Source: Lepidodermella squamata
Lineage: Eukaryota; Animalia; Gastrotricha
Reading direction: 5' to 3'
Assembly: GCA_047495785.1 (NCBI GenBank)
Contig: JBLDXI010000017.1
Coordinates: 1,426,001 to 1,490,000, forward strand
Length of the DNA: 64,000 nt
Shown: positions 58,506 through 64,000 of the stretch, in pieces
How the letters are laid out: the number at the start of each line of letters is the position of its first letter
How positions within the stretch are numbered: position 1 is the stretch's first letter
Notes under the pieces: generated by a model
What the model was told of the DNA's origin: nothing
Seen by the model: the letters and a program-made list of their open reading frames with translations, nothing else
Database searches by the model: none
Translations under genes and position numbers: made by a program

Positions 58506-59877
58506 AGATTTTTGATATAGATTAAGAACAATTTCAACAAACTAAATAATATAAGTTCACTAAATCATATCACGACAATTCCGTAATAATTATTACCATG
58601 TAACTTGGGCTACACGCTACACAACGCATTATGTCCTCTTATTCTCTCATTCGGCAACAAGATGAAACACAAATATTGAGCCTAGATAGATAGAAAAGAC
58701 CCTGCTGAGCTAATGAAAATAAATCGTAGAACAACATTGTGGCCAGTATTTTCGAAGATAACTACGAGTGACCTAAGCGGTAAAACGTTTTCATTGTTTT
58801 CGTAATAAATATATAGAACCATGCAACCGATGGGGAGAGACATCTTAACACCTTAACACCTGAGATCGGCTCAACCATTCAATATAAGTAAACGATGAAT
58901 ATAAGGTTATATAGCAGTTTTCAGTATCAATCAATCAATGATTCAACAACAACTTTCAAGAAAAATAATGGAAGCCATAATGGTTCATGATGATAGATAA
59001 TAAAATCTTCAACACTTCGATTTCTTCATATGATTAGCCGTTGATGAAGACGAAATTTGAATGAAAAAGCGCGAGTTTTCAAACGACGACATCACCTAAT
59101 TCAAATTGACCAAGATAAATGATAGGTAATATAAGACAAACAGCCAGTCCTGACTAGGTAAAGAAACAAATAATAAGGTGGCTGGATTTTCTTCGGTTCT
59201 CGCTAATTTAATTTAATACTCACCATGAGTCGGGTGAGTGAAGGAGAAATGCAAATTACACGCAAAGACGCACTCAAAGTCGCCTGGGTTTCGCTCAAGA
59301 AGGTGACGAGGAGGAGAAATAATTTGCGTGAGCAAACACTTTATAAGTACTTCGTTGGCTGGCGTCTACGAAAACAGCCTCGAGGAGTAAATTAGGGCGG
59401 GTTTGTCGCGGATATAAGAGCCTCTCACAACTACAGCGGACGTTATACTAATCAATCTGAGTTAATTTCAATGTGTTTCGCGCTTGTTTCCGCAAAAAAA
59501 TGGCAAAAACTAACTAACAACTCAAATAGCAAAATTGATAATTTCAAACGTGAATGACATTGAATGAAATGAATGAGGGGTTATATGACTATTTACATTA
59601 TTTTTGTTATATATTATTATCATCATCATTAATCATCGTCGCGAAAAATGGGATTGTTTGAATTAACCTGAAAAAAGTAATAAATTTACATTTTAATCCA
59701 GCTTAAATTTTTCAGGCCATTTCAAAGCGAAAACGCATTTAAGCGGCGATGGAGTTGCACGTATTGGCCGCATTGTAAAAGGATGTACAAATAAGATATA
59801 TCGAAACGAAATTTCCTCGCAATACGGGTCGGTGTGATCGCAGCTAGATTTTACATTTGTCCTAATAAGATAATGTC

Positions 59878-63283
<3,406 letters not shown>

Positions 63284-64000
63284 TCAATATATTATCAATC
63301 GTAATTTCTGGAAGAAAAAATTAAAACATAGTAAACGATGACGCGACAAGTTGTCGGTTATAAAATCATATTAGTATCAATAACCGAACCGTAAGCGTGC
63401 CGCAACTACAGTGTGAAATAACCTAATCATCAACATAACGGCCATTCTTGGGCGTACAATCAAATCAGCTTAGCAAAAATCGATTAGAGCGTACACATGC
63501 TCACATTGGAAAATACTGCGAAGAGCTTCTACCAAATTTGTCCACTGGAGCGCGACGCATAAAGGCATAATGGGAGTTTTTATCGAAGATGGGTATAATC
63601 AAATTGACCATAGTCGAAATAATATTTATCTAAAATGTTATCAGTTCGGCGGCGCCATGTCATTTGAAAAAAACATGTCACTGAACGCTAAGAAGGTTTC
63701 TGACGTCAGCCGAATCAAATATATGTGGATCAGTAACAACTTGGAGCACCAGTAAAATTAGCAGTGAAATTGACCTACTTAGGGATCCGTCGACATTGAT
63801 GATTCATTGTCGGGAATTCGATTTGATTATTGAAGTCCGAAGAATTTAAAAGGAAAATCTGCAGAGCTAAAGTCTATTTTCAAGAGTCCAACTGGGCCAT
63901 ATTGAAGGAATAGATAAATCTAAAATCCTACAGTAAAACCCTGCTTTCCCACTTGGAAAAAACATCATCCGGTTTATATAGCGCTGCCAGCTTTCAATTG

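Overview
Genomic DNA from a compact, AT-rich animal genome with short (mostly 45-70 nt) GT-AG introns; the taxon cannot be determined from the window. The main feature is a 17,890-bp Maverick/Polinton (polintovirus-like) element at 1769-19658. It has AGGAGG...CCTCCT termini, a perfect 42-bp terminal inverted repeat and a perfect 6-bp target-site duplication (GTTCCC), and sits inside a decayed Cys-loop ion-channel gene. It carries the full core gene set: integrase, minor and major capsid, adenain protease, packaging ATPase, protein-primed PolB and core proteins. It also carries an unusual host-manipulation cargo: a TBP/TRF2-like factor, a CDK-like kinase, RNR small subunit, a metallophosphoesterase, three tandem UBL3/MUB-like ubiquitin-fold genes and a RING/TRAF-zinc-finger E3 ligase. 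About 22 spliceosomal introns can be read in its genes, at least 9 of them in pPolB, and TATATAAA boxes precede four of its structural genes. The rest of the window is host genes plus TE debris. Host genes: two divergent clathrin terminal-domain-like genes, CWF19L2, FIP1L1, NDRG, HHAT-like MBOAT, two secreted proteins, an ankyrin protein, PCMT1 and a degenerate paralog, PEX11, SPIDR-like, SPATA4-like, and two tandem AKT paralogs lacking the hydrophobic-motif serine. All family assignments come from manual motif recognition; no database searches were run.
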